From contig JBITNC010000001.1 of the NCBI GenBank assembly GCA_050084985.1, positions 98,022,001-98,086,000 on the forward strand: 64,000 nt of DNA, in the 5' to 3' direction. The position numbers and the translations under genes are program-made. Below, piece after piece: positions 36,926-50,799 of the stretch (position 1 is its first letter; every line of letters begins with the position of its first letter). A model generated the notes under the pieces. That model saw nothing but the letters and a program-made list of their open reading frames with translations. It had not been told where the DNA came from and did no database searches. The DNA is from Nageia nagi (lineage: Eukaryota; Plantae; Pinophyta).

Positions 36926-39900
36926 AAAAAAAATGAAAGGCTAAGAGAGGGTCATGTGTGATCTCCAAAAAAAAAGTCTAGAGCCACCAAGAACTAGTGA
37001 TGGCTAGGTAATCAACAATTAGGGAGAGCTGGCATATGTGGTGATGCTGAAATGGAAGATGCTCCATTAAAAGCAAGTGGTAGAGGGAGCTAAGAACGTG
37101 CATAAAGTTTTGCAAAGGATAGCCAACTACTTTTAATTGAATAATTAGTAAAAAATGAAGCCATCTATGTCCCATGAGATGTGCTAGCATGTGGTGGAAG
37201 GACCAACATAGCTACAAAGATGGCAAAGGCACACTACATAGAAGTGATAGGGCAAGCATTGAATGAGCTACATAGATTAGGGAGGCAAATTAGAGGAGTT
37301 CATGATGCAATTATGTTTCATCTTGTGATGATGATGGGGCAAGCTTTGTTGAAAGGATTTTGGTCCCACTTGAGCTTTTTTGTATGCCTACACATGATGT
37401 CCCTCCCAATCTTAGTGAGGAAAGGAAGGTGAGAATAGGTTGGTGAGAATAGCTGAGCATTAGAGCAATGGGCTATCATAACTAGAACAAAGCAAGGCTT
37501 ACTTATATGAAGCTATCACATCCATGAATACCATCTACCATGCATATCACTAGCAATAGTAGAAAGGAATTAACGAGGTCAACAAGGATGGCATCGATAA
37601 GTAGTTTGGCACTCTCCAATGATTCTTCATGAAAAGACCCTGACCATTGGATAGAGCAAGAGAAGCATAAGTTACAAGGTTGGGCATAGGATTTACAAGT
37701 GGTTGGAGCACTTAGAGTGCATACAAGGCCTTGGAAGGGAGATCAAGCATTAGTAATGTAGGTCAACATTAGGAGGTAGAAGAAACATTTTGGATAGGGC
37801 CATAAAACTCTATTAGAGATTATCCTAAGTGATCAATGAAAGATTGCAACTAGGAGACAACATGAGAAACTATTCAAGAGCAATTGCATGAGTGAGAGAG
37901 AGGTCATGTACATTAAATAAGTGAGCATAATCATAGAGTTTGGTTGGGAAGCACTAATGTAGGGGTCAACCGATGAAGTACTATTGCAAGATTCAGATCA
38001 TGGACCCCCCTTTATTTTGTTGTTGTTGTTTTTTTAATTTTATTTTGATATTTTGATTTGTAAGACAAATTGTTACTATAAATGGAGTATAATTTTTTTG
38101 ATACATGAATAGTAGATATTTTTTATTAAAAATAGTGCATTTAACCCTAATAAAAAATAACAACTTGAGCACAAAAAAATTTAGTATTTAATGTCCCAAA
38201 TAAATGATTTGGCAAATATATTGTAGAAAATAAAACAAATTACAAACTGTACAACTTGTAGCTATGATTTATTTTATACCAAATATTTAAAAAAAATTGC
38301 ATTATTGAAAATAACTTGTAAAATAGAAAAAAATATTTTTAACATGAGTTGAAACATGTTAGTCTCAAAATCATAAGATTTGCAATCTAGCTTTATAACA
38401 TGTGTTAGATTTAGTAAACAAGAAATACTATCAACATGTCACTAAGGTAATAATTTTACCTTAAATTTTAGCCCATTATGCTCAAATAAATCATGTGCAT
38501 ATAAACATCAAGATTCAACTTTAAAATAAGAAAGTGAAATGGACTAACCATTTAAGTTTACAAATAAAACTTGAAACAAGATAAGAGTTTAGATATACCT
38601 TAATTTGAGGTGAGTTACCTCAAATTTCCAAGTTAAAGGTTGGAGAAGATCCCATAAGGAAGCTCTGATACCATTTGATGGAATTATAGGATTCCATAAC
38701 CCAAGAACACTTGTAGGACCTTCATTAAATATAGTAATTAAAAATTCTAAACTAAGAACTCAAGAAGCATTCTCACATAGTAACACAAGATGTATAGTGG
38801 TTCCTCCATCACATGGAGTACTCCACTTTAGGTCTCTTTTTCACTATACTCGCAAACAATGTACACTCATATGGATCTCAACCATAACTCTCCTTAGCAT
38901 GAAGCATAGCTTGCATGCTTAAGACCTTACTAACTAAGATACTAACAACTTCCCATATTCATTGTCTTCTCTTATAAATCTTCACAAAATGAACTCCCTT
39001 TATAGGACTCAAAACTAACCTTAGGTAGTTAACTAACCTAACCATAATAGGTTAGTTAACCCTAAGTTACAATATAGAATTACATTAAATTATTAGTGGA
39101 GACACTATTCTACCTAACATTTATTATTTTAAGTTGGATGGAGAATACTATTCCACCCACCATGCATGAACCTCATTATCACCTAATAACCAAATTTAGG
39201 TGATTATTAATATGCTAAGCATATTAATTACATAATGCCTTAAATAACATTATTATTTTAACAATGAGGTCCAACCTATGGTTTTATAGGTTAGTGCCTT
39301 AATGAAATGCCATATTAGGAACTTTAGTATCATAGATAAAATAGTGGATCCCTCGAAGGAAACTCCCTACTTGATAAGAGAGTTATCTTCTTAGATCAAG
39401 CAAATGATGCTACCAATCCTAGGAGGACTAGCTCACAGATAAAGTTTCAAATCCCGTGAGGATGTTGCTTCATTGATAAAGATGCAAACTATAGGATTGG
39501 AGATTCATAGTTCAATTCCAATTTTGTCAAGTTAAATCTTACTCCAATTGACATGGAGTGCCTTTCATTTGAGGTAAAAATATACAAGAATGAAAGAAAC
39601 ATAGAATAAAAAAATTTTTGGTACTCTAAGAAGCACAAGGATACAAGAAAGGAAATGGGAAATGGTAGGGCATAAGGCTAACCCAGGATTCCAATGCATT
39701 AAATTGAAACCATGGGAAGGACATCATCTCACAACCACATATTAACATAAAAATCATATTTTTGTAGCTAGAGAGTGAGGTAAAATAGCTACTAATGAAT
39801 AAACCACCATCATTCAGAATGCAAGAGGAGTTTATCAAATACAACCATTTAAGCACCACAAAACACAAGAATTGAAATAAAAGAGAAAATATAACCAAAC

Positions 39901-42900
39901 TTTGTTCCATGAAAAATAAGTATTTTTCCATTATAAGGATAAATGTTGAGTAATCCTCCCTTTATTACATTATCAAGCTCTCTATTTATAGTAGATGAGC
40001 TTTATATTTTAAAATACAAGAACTAGTTCTAAACTCTTCTACTTATATTCTAACTCTAATTCCATTGTAAGAAATAAGAAATCATGTAATTTACAACTAA
40101 GATGTTAACTTTAAGTAAACTTAAACTATAACCTGAGATCACTTTCATACCATTGGAATACTTGCTATATGCTTCATGCATTATTTAGTTGACTTTGAAT
40201 TTCCTTCTCATGCATAAACTTCATATTTAGATTGATGATTATGTATTAATAGTGTGACTACATTTCCTATACATGTTCTTGCCTTGCAAGTATCATTGTA
40301 TGAATGATCTTCTAGTTCAAAAACTATTAAATGCATGAACTTACAACTTTAGATTACTTGGGATATACTATAGTTTTATATTTGTTTCACTTTAGGACTT
40401 CTATCATGCTTTAGGTATGGTTGATCAACTAATACTTTAATTTTTTGATCATCAAAATTTAGCTCATACTAGAATGGTGTTAGATTGTTGAATCACTACT
40501 ACTAACTTCTTTGATATTACTAGCATCGATATCATTATTCTATCTATGGTTTCCATTTTTTGTTGACTATTGTTGGCAAATTTTACTATTTTTCCAAGTC
40601 CTCGTACACCCTCTTCCTTCTAGCATTCTATTCATGGTAATAAGAAATGGAATGGATGATGTCATCTCTTTAGGATTACCAATCTTAATTAAAATTTATT
40701 GCCATTATCATCTATTAGAATTGGTTACTATTCATTTATTTGTCTTTATTTACTAGTACTAATTTTTTTTTTTATGTTGATGTCACCTACTAGCCTTGTA
40801 GCCTTTTGGTGATTTACTTTCTTATCACCTTCCTACTTCTCTATTATTGATGTCATTCCACTAGGGTTATCGATCTTAGTTAATTTGGGTTCCTCCATGT
40901 GTCATTGTCCTCTACTAGCCTTAGGGCTCTAAATTTGGTATTATTTTTTTGTTTATTTAATGCTCTACTATTGATGTCACTTAGGAAACACTCCTAGACT
41001 CAATTTATTTGGGTCTCTCCTTTATATATCATTTTCATGTACTAGTCTTGGTATACTTCTCCATGATGCAGTTATCTCTGATGTGGCTACCCTAGGTTTT
41101 ATCATCTTTCGATGATAAAATCAATGTAGTATGAGAATCTATTTTGAAATTTCACATCACTTATGTTATGCTTGATCTATCTTAATACATGAAAGGGCCT
41201 TAATAGTAAGAAGGGATTGTCAGCTGAAAGATAGTGGTGAGGAAGCCACTAGTCAAAGAGCTCAAGAATTATAGTTATAGGGAACATTCCACCACTATAA
41301 GCCCATGTTGTAATTTTGTATACCTTTCCCCCACTTTACTAAGCATTGAAACTGGTATAAAGAACTCTATGAATTAAAAAAATTATGTATCATATACATT
41401 AGTAAGGGTAGGTGGGGAAAAAAAAGATGTAGGTTTCCAATGGAAACCATACTTGAACCCCTCTTTCTTCAATCCTTTTATAGTTTTAACCCTATTACTC
41501 TAGAGATGATTTTTTCCTAAAATTTAATGAAGGAGGAGTCTTCTTACCTTGAATGGACTACTTTCAAAATTTGGAACTTAATGACCCTAACCTCTTTCCT
41601 TTTAAATTTTCTTACACCAACCAAATGTAATAAGGGATCATTCATTTTGATTGTTATGCAAAGTCCAAGGTAATTTGCATAATTAGATATCTTGTGATAC
41701 TTGTGAAGCCAAACCTTGGTGGCCTTTTAAAAAAGGGGGAACAAAGGGAATGTATGGTGCAAGGGAGACTCTTTACACATGTTACTTGGAAAGCACATCA
41801 CAAGGGAGGGGTACCAACAAGGCATCTTGGGAAGAAGAGGAGTGACCTTTTAGAGATAAGCATATCTACATGTTGGTGAAATAGATGTCGAAGAGACAAA
41901 TTCTAGTGGTTGTAGGCAATCAAGAAAATACATGAAATATTTGTGAAGGATAAAAGGGAAATGGAGGAAGAGGAACAATGTAGGTCCATAATAGAAAGAG
42001 TGAGGCACAAATTTATGAAACATAGATGATGGTGATTATGGTTGACCTACCAAATGAATGGAGGTATTGAGAATGATGGTTGGGAAATGAAAAATGTGAG
42101 GGAAACAAAACACACTTATGTACATGGCCACCCCACTAAGGTGTGAATTTAAAAGCTTCCCCACTATGTCTTATGTATTATATAAGCACTTATTTCCTTC
42201 CATATTTAGTGAAAGGAAGGGTGTCCAACCTTGTATTTAAGCTCTTGTATTTCCTTCTTGGTCAAAGATTTATCAATGATTAAATATATCTTCATGCAGA
42301 GACCAAATCAGGAAGGGATCCAACAATTTGCAAATTTCCTTATCGAAGTGACTTTCCTTCTTGGGATCTTCAACCTTATCCACTTTAGGAGTTTATTAAC
42401 TTGAACCTTCAACTTCTATTTTGCCTCAATTTTTTAGTTCACCTAAGGATGAGTATAGGGTCTACTCTACCTCTACTTTTATCAATCTAGATCAGGATTA
42501 TTCTTGTTTCTCTAATTAAGATTTCACAATAATAGCTAACTCGATTGTTACAATCTAATTCAATAACTAAATGATTTGGTAGGTGTTGAGGGATAACTAA
42601 GCCTTGGTAATTAGGTTATCCTTTTGATGTAACTAATTAACTCATAGAGGGTTTAGTAAGTACTATTCAACATCATTTATGGGATATCTTAGCTTCAAAT
42701 TTTTCCCTTGATCTGGGTTGAGCATTTGTCAAACCAAGAGGAGAGGGAATCATCTTAAGGATTTTAAGGGATGGCTCCTTGATGGTTTTTGAATAAATCA
42801 ATGAGGTGCCTAACAATTTGTGTATCCTCTCTTCCATTTGACTTGAAAGTTAGGTGATAACAACACTCCTCTTTATCTACAATTCTTTCCTATGAATAGG

Positions 42901-43785
42901 CATCATGAAGCCTATGGCCTTTATTCAGGATACTTGGCCCTTGTTATTGATGAGTCTCTTTATCTTAATCTTTCATCAAGGATTATATTATGAATTCACC
43001 TTATCAAGGACCCTATACCTAGTTCATTTTGAGCTTCTATCAATTTGGATGACATAACACACTAATTGAAGTTTCTTATCGGTCCTGAATCCATTAGCTA
43101 CTTACTTGTCAGATACCCACCACTCTATTGTTGATGTCATTTATTCAAGATTCTAAGACTTAGTTCATTTTAATATTTCATCCACTCATATGGTGTCATC
43201 CATCCAGTTTACCTTACTTTTGTTATATGATAATATTTCATGTTTTGGTGAGGGTCTTCTTTGATGATTTGTTTACTAAAATATATGTGCAAATACATAA
43301 TACAAGCATATTATGACTATCTAATAGCCCATAAGGTGACAAAAATTATTGATGAGCTTAAGATCCATCTTTGTAGTCTTTGACCACTAATTTTCCCTTG
43401 ATAATATTCTTGAATAAAATTAGGTATGAGAGTGGGTCTAAACAAGTGATGTTTAGTGCTAGCAATGGATAATATGTCAATAAGGGTCAACCAAAGGGTG
43501 AGAAAAAAACTATGGACCTTCAATGTCTATCATGCTTGATACCCCCATTATTTCTTCCTTTCCTACCTTGATTCTCTTGTAAGTCCCAAAGGGTCTTCTT
43601 GAGGAAGATATAAATGATGACTCTTCTCAAAACTTCTACTTCTCTAGATTATATGATTCAAATTAGGGAACCTTGTTTTATACTAAAAAATCATTAGAAC
43701 ATCTATATTTAGATTTGGTGTTATGAATTTATCATGAAACTTTTATGGAGTGGAGTGTAGATGAATCCAACATTTATATGTAGTA

Positions 43786-43799
43786 ACACACACACACAC

Positions 43800-43838
<39 letters not shown>
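43786..43838. repeat. Compound (CA)n(TA)n microsatellite
   Basis: acacacacacacacaca-aa-tatata... seen directly. Confidence 0.95.
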
Positions 43839-43842
<4 letters not shown>

Positions 43843-46800
43843 TTAGAAATTAATACCAAGGTAGCTTATTCTAAAATGGGTTGGATTGGTCTCCAATGAC
43901 TCAAACTTAGTCTATATATGACTATGATGTACTTGGGAGACTAATTTTAATGGAAAAAATATTTGATACTAACAAAAAATTGAGGGAATACTGAGGCAAC
44001 AACTAAACAATTATAAGATTAGGAAAAACAAATCTTGTTAAAGCTAAAAATAGGAACCATGCATGGGATAGAATTTATATTTTATAGTTGAGGCTCATCT
44101 TAACTATAGATTGCATTATATAGGAATAATATTTATATACAATACATGGTCAATTTTGAATAATACATTTAAGTTCATGGGATAAGTCCCACTAGGCATG
44201 CCAAACACTATTGACTTGCATGATGCAAGATGCACCAGGCCGAAATCACATGAGCTAACATTGGATGGATGAGGTCCAACCTTTGATTTTATAATTATTT
44301 ACCTTGATTAAATACCATATTTGATAAATTTAGTATTACAAATAGATTAGTATATCTCATACAGAAAACTCCCTCCTTATCATGAGAGTTATCATCTTAG
44401 ATTGAGAAAATGATCTCTCCAAGCCCAATATGGACAACGCATAAATAAAGTGGTAAATCCTATGATAATGATGCTTCATAAATAAAGATGAAAATCAAAG
44501 GAATGGGGATTCATAGGTTAATTTTGATTTTTTTTAGGTCAGAGCCTACTCTAGTAGGCATGGAGTGCCTATCATTTGAGGTCAAAATATACATGAAAGA
44601 AAGAAACAAGGTATTAGAAAGAGTATGGTACTTGAAGAAGCATAGGTATATCAGAAATAAAATAGGAAATGAAAGGGCATAGGGCCAACCCAAGACTCCA
44701 AAGGGTTAAAATGAAACCATAGGGATAAAACCTGACTCATAGCCATATATTAACACAAAAATCACATATCCATAGCAAGAGAGTGAGGCACAATAAATAC
44801 TAATGGATCAATGGGAGGAGTCCATTGAATCCAACCATTTAAGAATCATAGAACATAAGCATTGAAACAAAAGAGCCAATATAACTAAACTCAATTTGAA
44901 GCAAAATAAGTGTTTTTCCATTATTAAGGAAAAATGTAAAGTAATCCTCCTTTATTACATTGTCATGCTCTCTATTTATAGTTGAGGAGCTCTATACTTC
45001 AAAATACAACAACTAGATCTAAACTCTTCTACTATTATTCTAACTCTAATTAAACTATAGGAAATAGTTAATCATGTTACTTACAACAAGATATTAACTT
45101 TCAAGAAACTTAAACTATGACTTAAGATCCCTTCTAGACCATTGGAATACCTCTTATATGCTTCATGTAAGATTCAATTGACACTAGATATCCTTCTCAT
45201 GCACAACCTTCATCTTTAGAATGATGATTATGTATTAATAGTACAAATACACTTGCTATATGCATGCTCTTACCTTACAAATACTATTGTATGAATGATC
45301 TTATAGTTTGAGAATCATTGTATGCATGAACTTGCAACTTGAAATTATTTATGAAATACTATAGTTCAATGTTCGAATCACTTTGGGACTTATATTATGT
45401 TGTAGGTATGGTTGATCAACTAAAACTTTAATTTTTCAATTGTTCAAATTTAGCTCAAAATATTATGGTTTTAGATTATTGAATCACTATTGTTGGCTCC
45501 TTTGATATTGTTAACATCGATATCATTACTCTTTCTATGGTTTTCCTTTCCTATTGAGTGTCATTGGCACATTCTACTAGCTAATTGGATCCTTGTATGC
45601 CCTATTCCTTCTAGTGTTATATTATTAGTTATGAGAAATGGAATGAATGACATCATCTCTTCAAGATTACCATTCTTAGTTAAAACTTTATTACTATCAT
45701 CATGTACTAGACTTAGTTGATATTTATATTCATTTATTTTTCTTTCTTTATCAGTATTGAATTGATTTTTATGTCAATATCACCTATCGACCTTGTAGCC
45801 TTTGGTTGATTTACTTGCTTGTCATTCTATTAGGATTGTTAATATTAGTTAATTTGGGTCCCTCCTTCATGTTTCATTTTCATCTATCAACCTTGGAAAT
45901 TTGAATGTTGTACTAATTTGTCAACTATCCAATGCTCTACTATTGATGTCACTTGGAAAAGACTATCAAACTCAATTCATTTGGGTCTCTCCTCCATGTG
46001 TTGTTGTAATCTACCAACCTTGGTATACTTATCCCTTACTTGTACAATTATCTATAATGTGGATACCCTGGTTTTATCATACTTTTGATATAAAATCAAT
46101 GTGGTATGAGCATATATTTTGAAATGTTACATCACTTTTTATTATGCTTGAGCCATGTTAATACATGAAAGGTCCTTGCTAGCAAGAAGGGAGTGTCAAT
46201 CAAAAGGTAGTAGAAAGGAAACCACCAAATAGAGAGCTTGATAATTATGATTATAGGGAAAATTCCACCCCTATACTATATATAGTAACCTAATGGTTAT
46301 AGTAATTGCATGCATTCAATATAAGTTTTTTGATCCTATTTAAATGACACCCTTAGCCAAAATTATAATAATCTTATAGATCATTTTTTATGACCCACTA
46401 TTATTATGATATCCTTTGGAGCTTAATTGCCAACCTCATATTCTTTTGACCTTCTTTTTCATTTTAATCTCATATTTATTAAGAGTATTCATTTCTTCAA
46501 CTATATTGAATAATTATATAATAAATGCATGTAATAAATATAAGTACATCATGAAATATTAAAAGAAAAAAAATCAACAATGTTATAATGATAAGAATGT
46601 GATAATTATGATAAGTTCAATGATTTGAAAATGATAAATATCATATATGATAAGTAAGCTTTGAGATAATAAAAATTGATTGCCATCTTTTTGCAATTTC
46701 TTCATTTTGCCAACTTTTCATGATTTGTTCCCTCTTTGCTCCTACAGGATCAAACCATGAATTTGTTCCTCCTTCTTCATGGTTGCTCCTACTATGACCT

Positions 46801-46879
46801 ACTTTTGAAATGATAATTATCCATGGTTATCTAACTATACCTCTTTTAACAAGAGGCAAAATTAGACTCAAAACCCCTT

Positions 46880-47520
46880 TGGAGGCATGCACAAAAATGA
46901 TGGAAAATTATGGTTGAATATTTTTCATGAGATCACTAATTAGACCAAAGAATAAGGGCTTCTTTGCTTGATTGAAAAAACTTCATGGGACTATACTAAA
47001 GATTGATGTTGTTAGGAAATGGATGAAGCTTAGATGGAAGATCAAAGGAAGCTTGGAAGTCATATCTCTATTGGGAATGATTACTTAATGTTAATTTTAA
47101 AATATTTGAAGATAGGGACTATATGCTAATAATTTCATGGTTCTTTAGAAAGTGGGGATTATTCTTGGAAGATGGAGACCAATATTAACCCTACTCAAGC
47201 TCAAATAATGGTCACTCCTATTTGGGTTACCCTTTAAAAACTTACCTTTAATCTCTAAGATCTAAGAGTGTTTGAAGGTATTACAAACTCTTTTAGAAAA
47301 GTTATTACTATTGATGAAGTAATGAAGGCTAAAAGAAGTATGATTGAGGTGAGGTTTTGTGTCATGGTAGAATTTGAATAATATTTCCAAAAATAATAAC
47401 CTTAGAGTTTGAATTGGGTGACTAGATCTAGGAAGTAATATACATAAATGAAAATTTCCTTTGCGTTAGCTTGTAATTAAGTGGGTCATACTATCAAATC
47501 CTATCTAGCTAAGGTTACTA
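46880..47520 (+). mobile_element. Decayed plant LINE ORF1 (DUF4283 plus zinc-knuckle type)
   Basis: KWMKLRWKIKGSLEV, PIWVTL..L, FEGITNSFRKVITIDE, VRFCV and a degenerate C..C...GH knuckle; many stops. Confidence 0.7.
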
Positions 47521-49349
47521 TAGAATCATGATACATAATAAATGGAGGCCACAACAACACAAGGAAGGAAATATAGAAGATATAGAAGATGGTAAAATCC
47601 CCAAATCACTTGAAGGAAAAAATAATGAGAATGAGATTAAAAACCAAAACAAGAAATAAGAAAACTGATTAGTGATTCAATGGAGGTCATGGCCAAATAT
47701 TATTTAGCAAAGCTCAAAAGGTTGTAAGGATGGAGATAATGAAGGATGGATAAATGTAATTCCTAGGAGGAAAAGATGCCCAAATAAAGCTAGAACATCT
47801 TATTCAAAGGACATCATAGTAAAAGAAAATCAATATGGAAAGAACAATATGAATATAATGACATGAAGAACATTTAAAATGATAGACATTAGTTCTAGAC
47901 ATTTTGGAAGATCAAGCGATGGAGAAATCATGAAAAAGGAAATAAAAAAGGATGTTATATATGGAAAATAGTTTACATTGGATGTTTACAAGGGTAGAGA
48001 AACCTTGAAGATCAGTAAAATAGGATCCTCATCTCTTAAATTTGAGGAGGTTGAATCTCCCCCTCAAATTCTAGCTTCTATGTGATGATTGCAAGAAGTG
48101 GAACCCTAATTTTTATTTCTACAAGAAATAAAGGTCAAACAAAGGAAGGCATAGTTCATCAAACATTGAATTAAAAAGAGGTATATATGGAATTTTTTCC
48201 ATCTTAAGGAAGCTAAGGAGGTTTCATGACTTTATGGAATATAATAAGTTTAATGCTGACTTATCCTTTGCATATATTAATTTGATTCATATGCCATTTT
48301 ATGAAAAATATTAAAAATAATTAAGCATATTGAATTTCTAACCATCCCCTTATGAAAATATCTATATTTTATCATCACATCAACATTTAATGGCAATGGG
48401 CTCATTGACCTTAAACTCATATTAGTGTAAATGGGCTTACTAAAATCACATTGGTGATGTCTAGGCATTTACCATTTTCATTCTTCATGTGGAAATGAAT
48501 CAGGCATATACCATCACTTGAAAAACTAAGCATAAATAGGGAAAAAACTCATTTATCCATAATAAAATAAGGTGTAAATAAGAACAAACAATTTGTTTAT
48601 AATACACACACAAACTAAAAGATGATTGGGGGCTAACATATCCAGTCATGAACATCCATCAAATTTGGTTGGGGAAAACACATCCAACTATCACTATAAG
48701 CTTATGGAACTTAAAAAACTTTCACCATATAGGTTATTAGAAACCTGCAATCCATGTGAGGGTGAAAACACATCCACTCATAGTCACTAACATTTTTTGA
48801 AATTAACTTTTATTCATGACCATTATTGAGCATCCTTATGGTAATCACTTAATCATCTATCAAACTATATGGATATTAATTGTTGCAACAACCAAGTGTA
48901 ATAGAGCAAATTACTGCATATGAGGTTCACTCTTGTTGATTATAGGTCAATTCATGTGGAGAAATATTCCCAAGTCAAATAAATATTACTTTATTTACCT
49001 TTAAATAGTGTCATAAGGTTAAAGCCTTTTTGAACCACACACAGGGTCTCAAGGTTGACTTAGGATTGGGGGTCTTAAGGTTGCCTTAGGTTTGGGTCAG
49101 AGCTTGTAAGTTACCTTTCCTTTCATACTAGGTCAGAGCCTTTGGTTTTTCCTTTTCTCTTTAGTTAACCATTTTAATGTCCATTGGCATATCATAATTT
49201 CTCCATCCATTTTTTAGTTCAAAAAATCTAAAAAATACACCTTATAGATCCCTATATTTAATCTCAAAAATATAAGCTTTATGTTACCTTCTTGATTGAG
49301 ATATAGCATTGTGAGATCCTACCTACATGAGGAACATTACTCATGTGTA

Positions 49350-50799
49350 TGGGAAAAACCCTAGAATTAGGGTCCCAATAAGTTTCAAGGTGCAACCTAT
49401 TCCTACAGGTGATTTTGGGAGAGAATTTTGGTCTCTTTGGTTATGTGGGAGCTTTGAGACTTCAATTTTGTTTTGTTCATGGTGGTTAGGGAAGTTTGCA
49501 AGCATATAGGGGTTTTATTTTTCCATTTTGTTCATTCAAATTTGGTCAGAATGGCAAGCCATGTAGCCCCAATCTAGTGATACACCACTTTGATTTGGAT
49601 GGAAGGTTGACAAAGTCTTGATGTGAAGTTTGTAGTTTGAGCATTTGGGAGTGTTTTTTCATCTTTTTCCTCAATCGAATATGTTTTTGTTAGGATTTTT
49701 ATTTTGTTAATGCTTCCTACTAGTTCTTATGCTTTTTTAACTATTATGATGGATTTGTTCTAGGTCGATGGCTTGAGATCATGTTGTGTGGTTTACACTC
49801 TTCTCAAAATCAACACATCTAATATGGTTGGAGGTGCCTATTGCTATGATTTTGAGTCTCTAGTGGATCCTTTGGGCCCTAATATATATTATATCTAGTT
49901 GCACCTCTTAGGCAAAGCATGATGATTTTTATCTTGGAGGAAGCTAAGGGGTTGGGATTTTTCTATGTCTTGATGTTATTGTTCATTGAAGATATCCTAA
50001 AAGAGCTTCATTTGGGAGGGTCTTTAGAATATATTGAGGAGGGGAATGGTGGATATATGAAGAGCCCTATCCCTTGGAGAACTTAGAAGAGTGTTTAGTG
50101 ATGGGCTTTGATAGAAAATAATTTTAACAATTCAGGTTTTGACCTAAACTACAAAGGCAACTATAGATGTATGGGTTCTATGGTTGATGATTCAAGGACT
50201 TGAGGATCCACACAAGGGAATATTTGTTCATTGGTAATGCATAGTTTGGGGTTTGAAAACCTGAGTGAGGGAAACCAATATAGAGTTTAGGGTAAAATCT
50301 AAGCAAGGAAAACCATCTATTATTTTTCCAATAATTTCCTTGATGGTTCTTGGAATGAAGGAAAACATTTTGGGCTTGTAATGGCAAACTTGGAGTATGG
50401 ATTTTTTAATACATGGGTGAGAACAAATCTTAGAATCAACACCAAGTGTTGGAGGTGTCTTTCATGTGATCTCTCTATGTTAATTTTTTTCCCTTTGTGA
50501 TGTCTTTGTGGTTTCTTGTCCCTTGTTGTTTCCTTTGGTCCTTATAAAGGAAGATAATTTTAGCATTTAGATTATTTTAGTTGAAGGGAATTCTGAAATT
50601 CCTTATTTCATTTTAGGATATTATTTTTGGTTTTTAATAGTTTTAAGGTTTGGTGCTAGATTTGAATTTAGGCTTTTAGAACTAGCCACATATTACCCCA
50701 TGTCTCTTATGTGAGCTCAATTGTAATATCTTCTACATAAAGGCTTTGTAAAAGGTTAGGATTCCTTTCAAAACACTAGCCTCTAATATAAGAAAAAAA
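49350..50799 (+). mobile_element. Possible internally deleted LINE-derived element
   Basis: Its 3' end (gtaaaaggttaggattcctttcaaaac...taatataagaaaaaaac) resembles the LINE tail at 61790-61859. Weak ORF1-like remnants at 50100-50410. The 5' limit is a guess. Confidence 0.35.

Larger units (their letters stand above)
30769..39263 (-). mobile_element. Element E: 8.5-kb LTR element without recognisable gag/pol, inserted in an LTR of D
   Basis: LTRs 30769-31352 and 38676-39263 (~585 bp, highly similar); perfect iMet PBS tggtatcagagc (38662-38673); PPT aaggggag (31353-31360); TSD ATGAG at 30764-30768 and 39264-39268. Confidence 0.93.
30704..46284 (-). mobile_element. Element D: long-LTR (~2.1 kb) non-autonomous element inserted in the 3' LTR of A
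   Basis: Direct repeats 30704-30768 plus 39269-41299, and 44209-46284. TSD GTAAC at 30699-30703 and 46285-46289. Minus-strand PBS tggcatgcctagtgggact (44185-44203) resembles a tRNA-Arg PBS. The ~2.9 kb interior has no recognisable pol. Confidence 0.85.
18315..46520 (+). mobile_element. Element A: full-length decayed Ty1/copia, host of nested insertions
   Basis: 5' LTR 18315-18716; PBS tggtatcaaaacc at 18717 (degenerate iMet PBS); gag GDNFLIWRSEVMLVL (~19830); integrase 21050-21780; RT/RH 29035-30420; PPT aagggaaag. The 3' LTR is split into 30545-30703 and 46290-46520. TSD ATAAA at 18310-18314 and 46521-46525. Confidence 0.88.
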
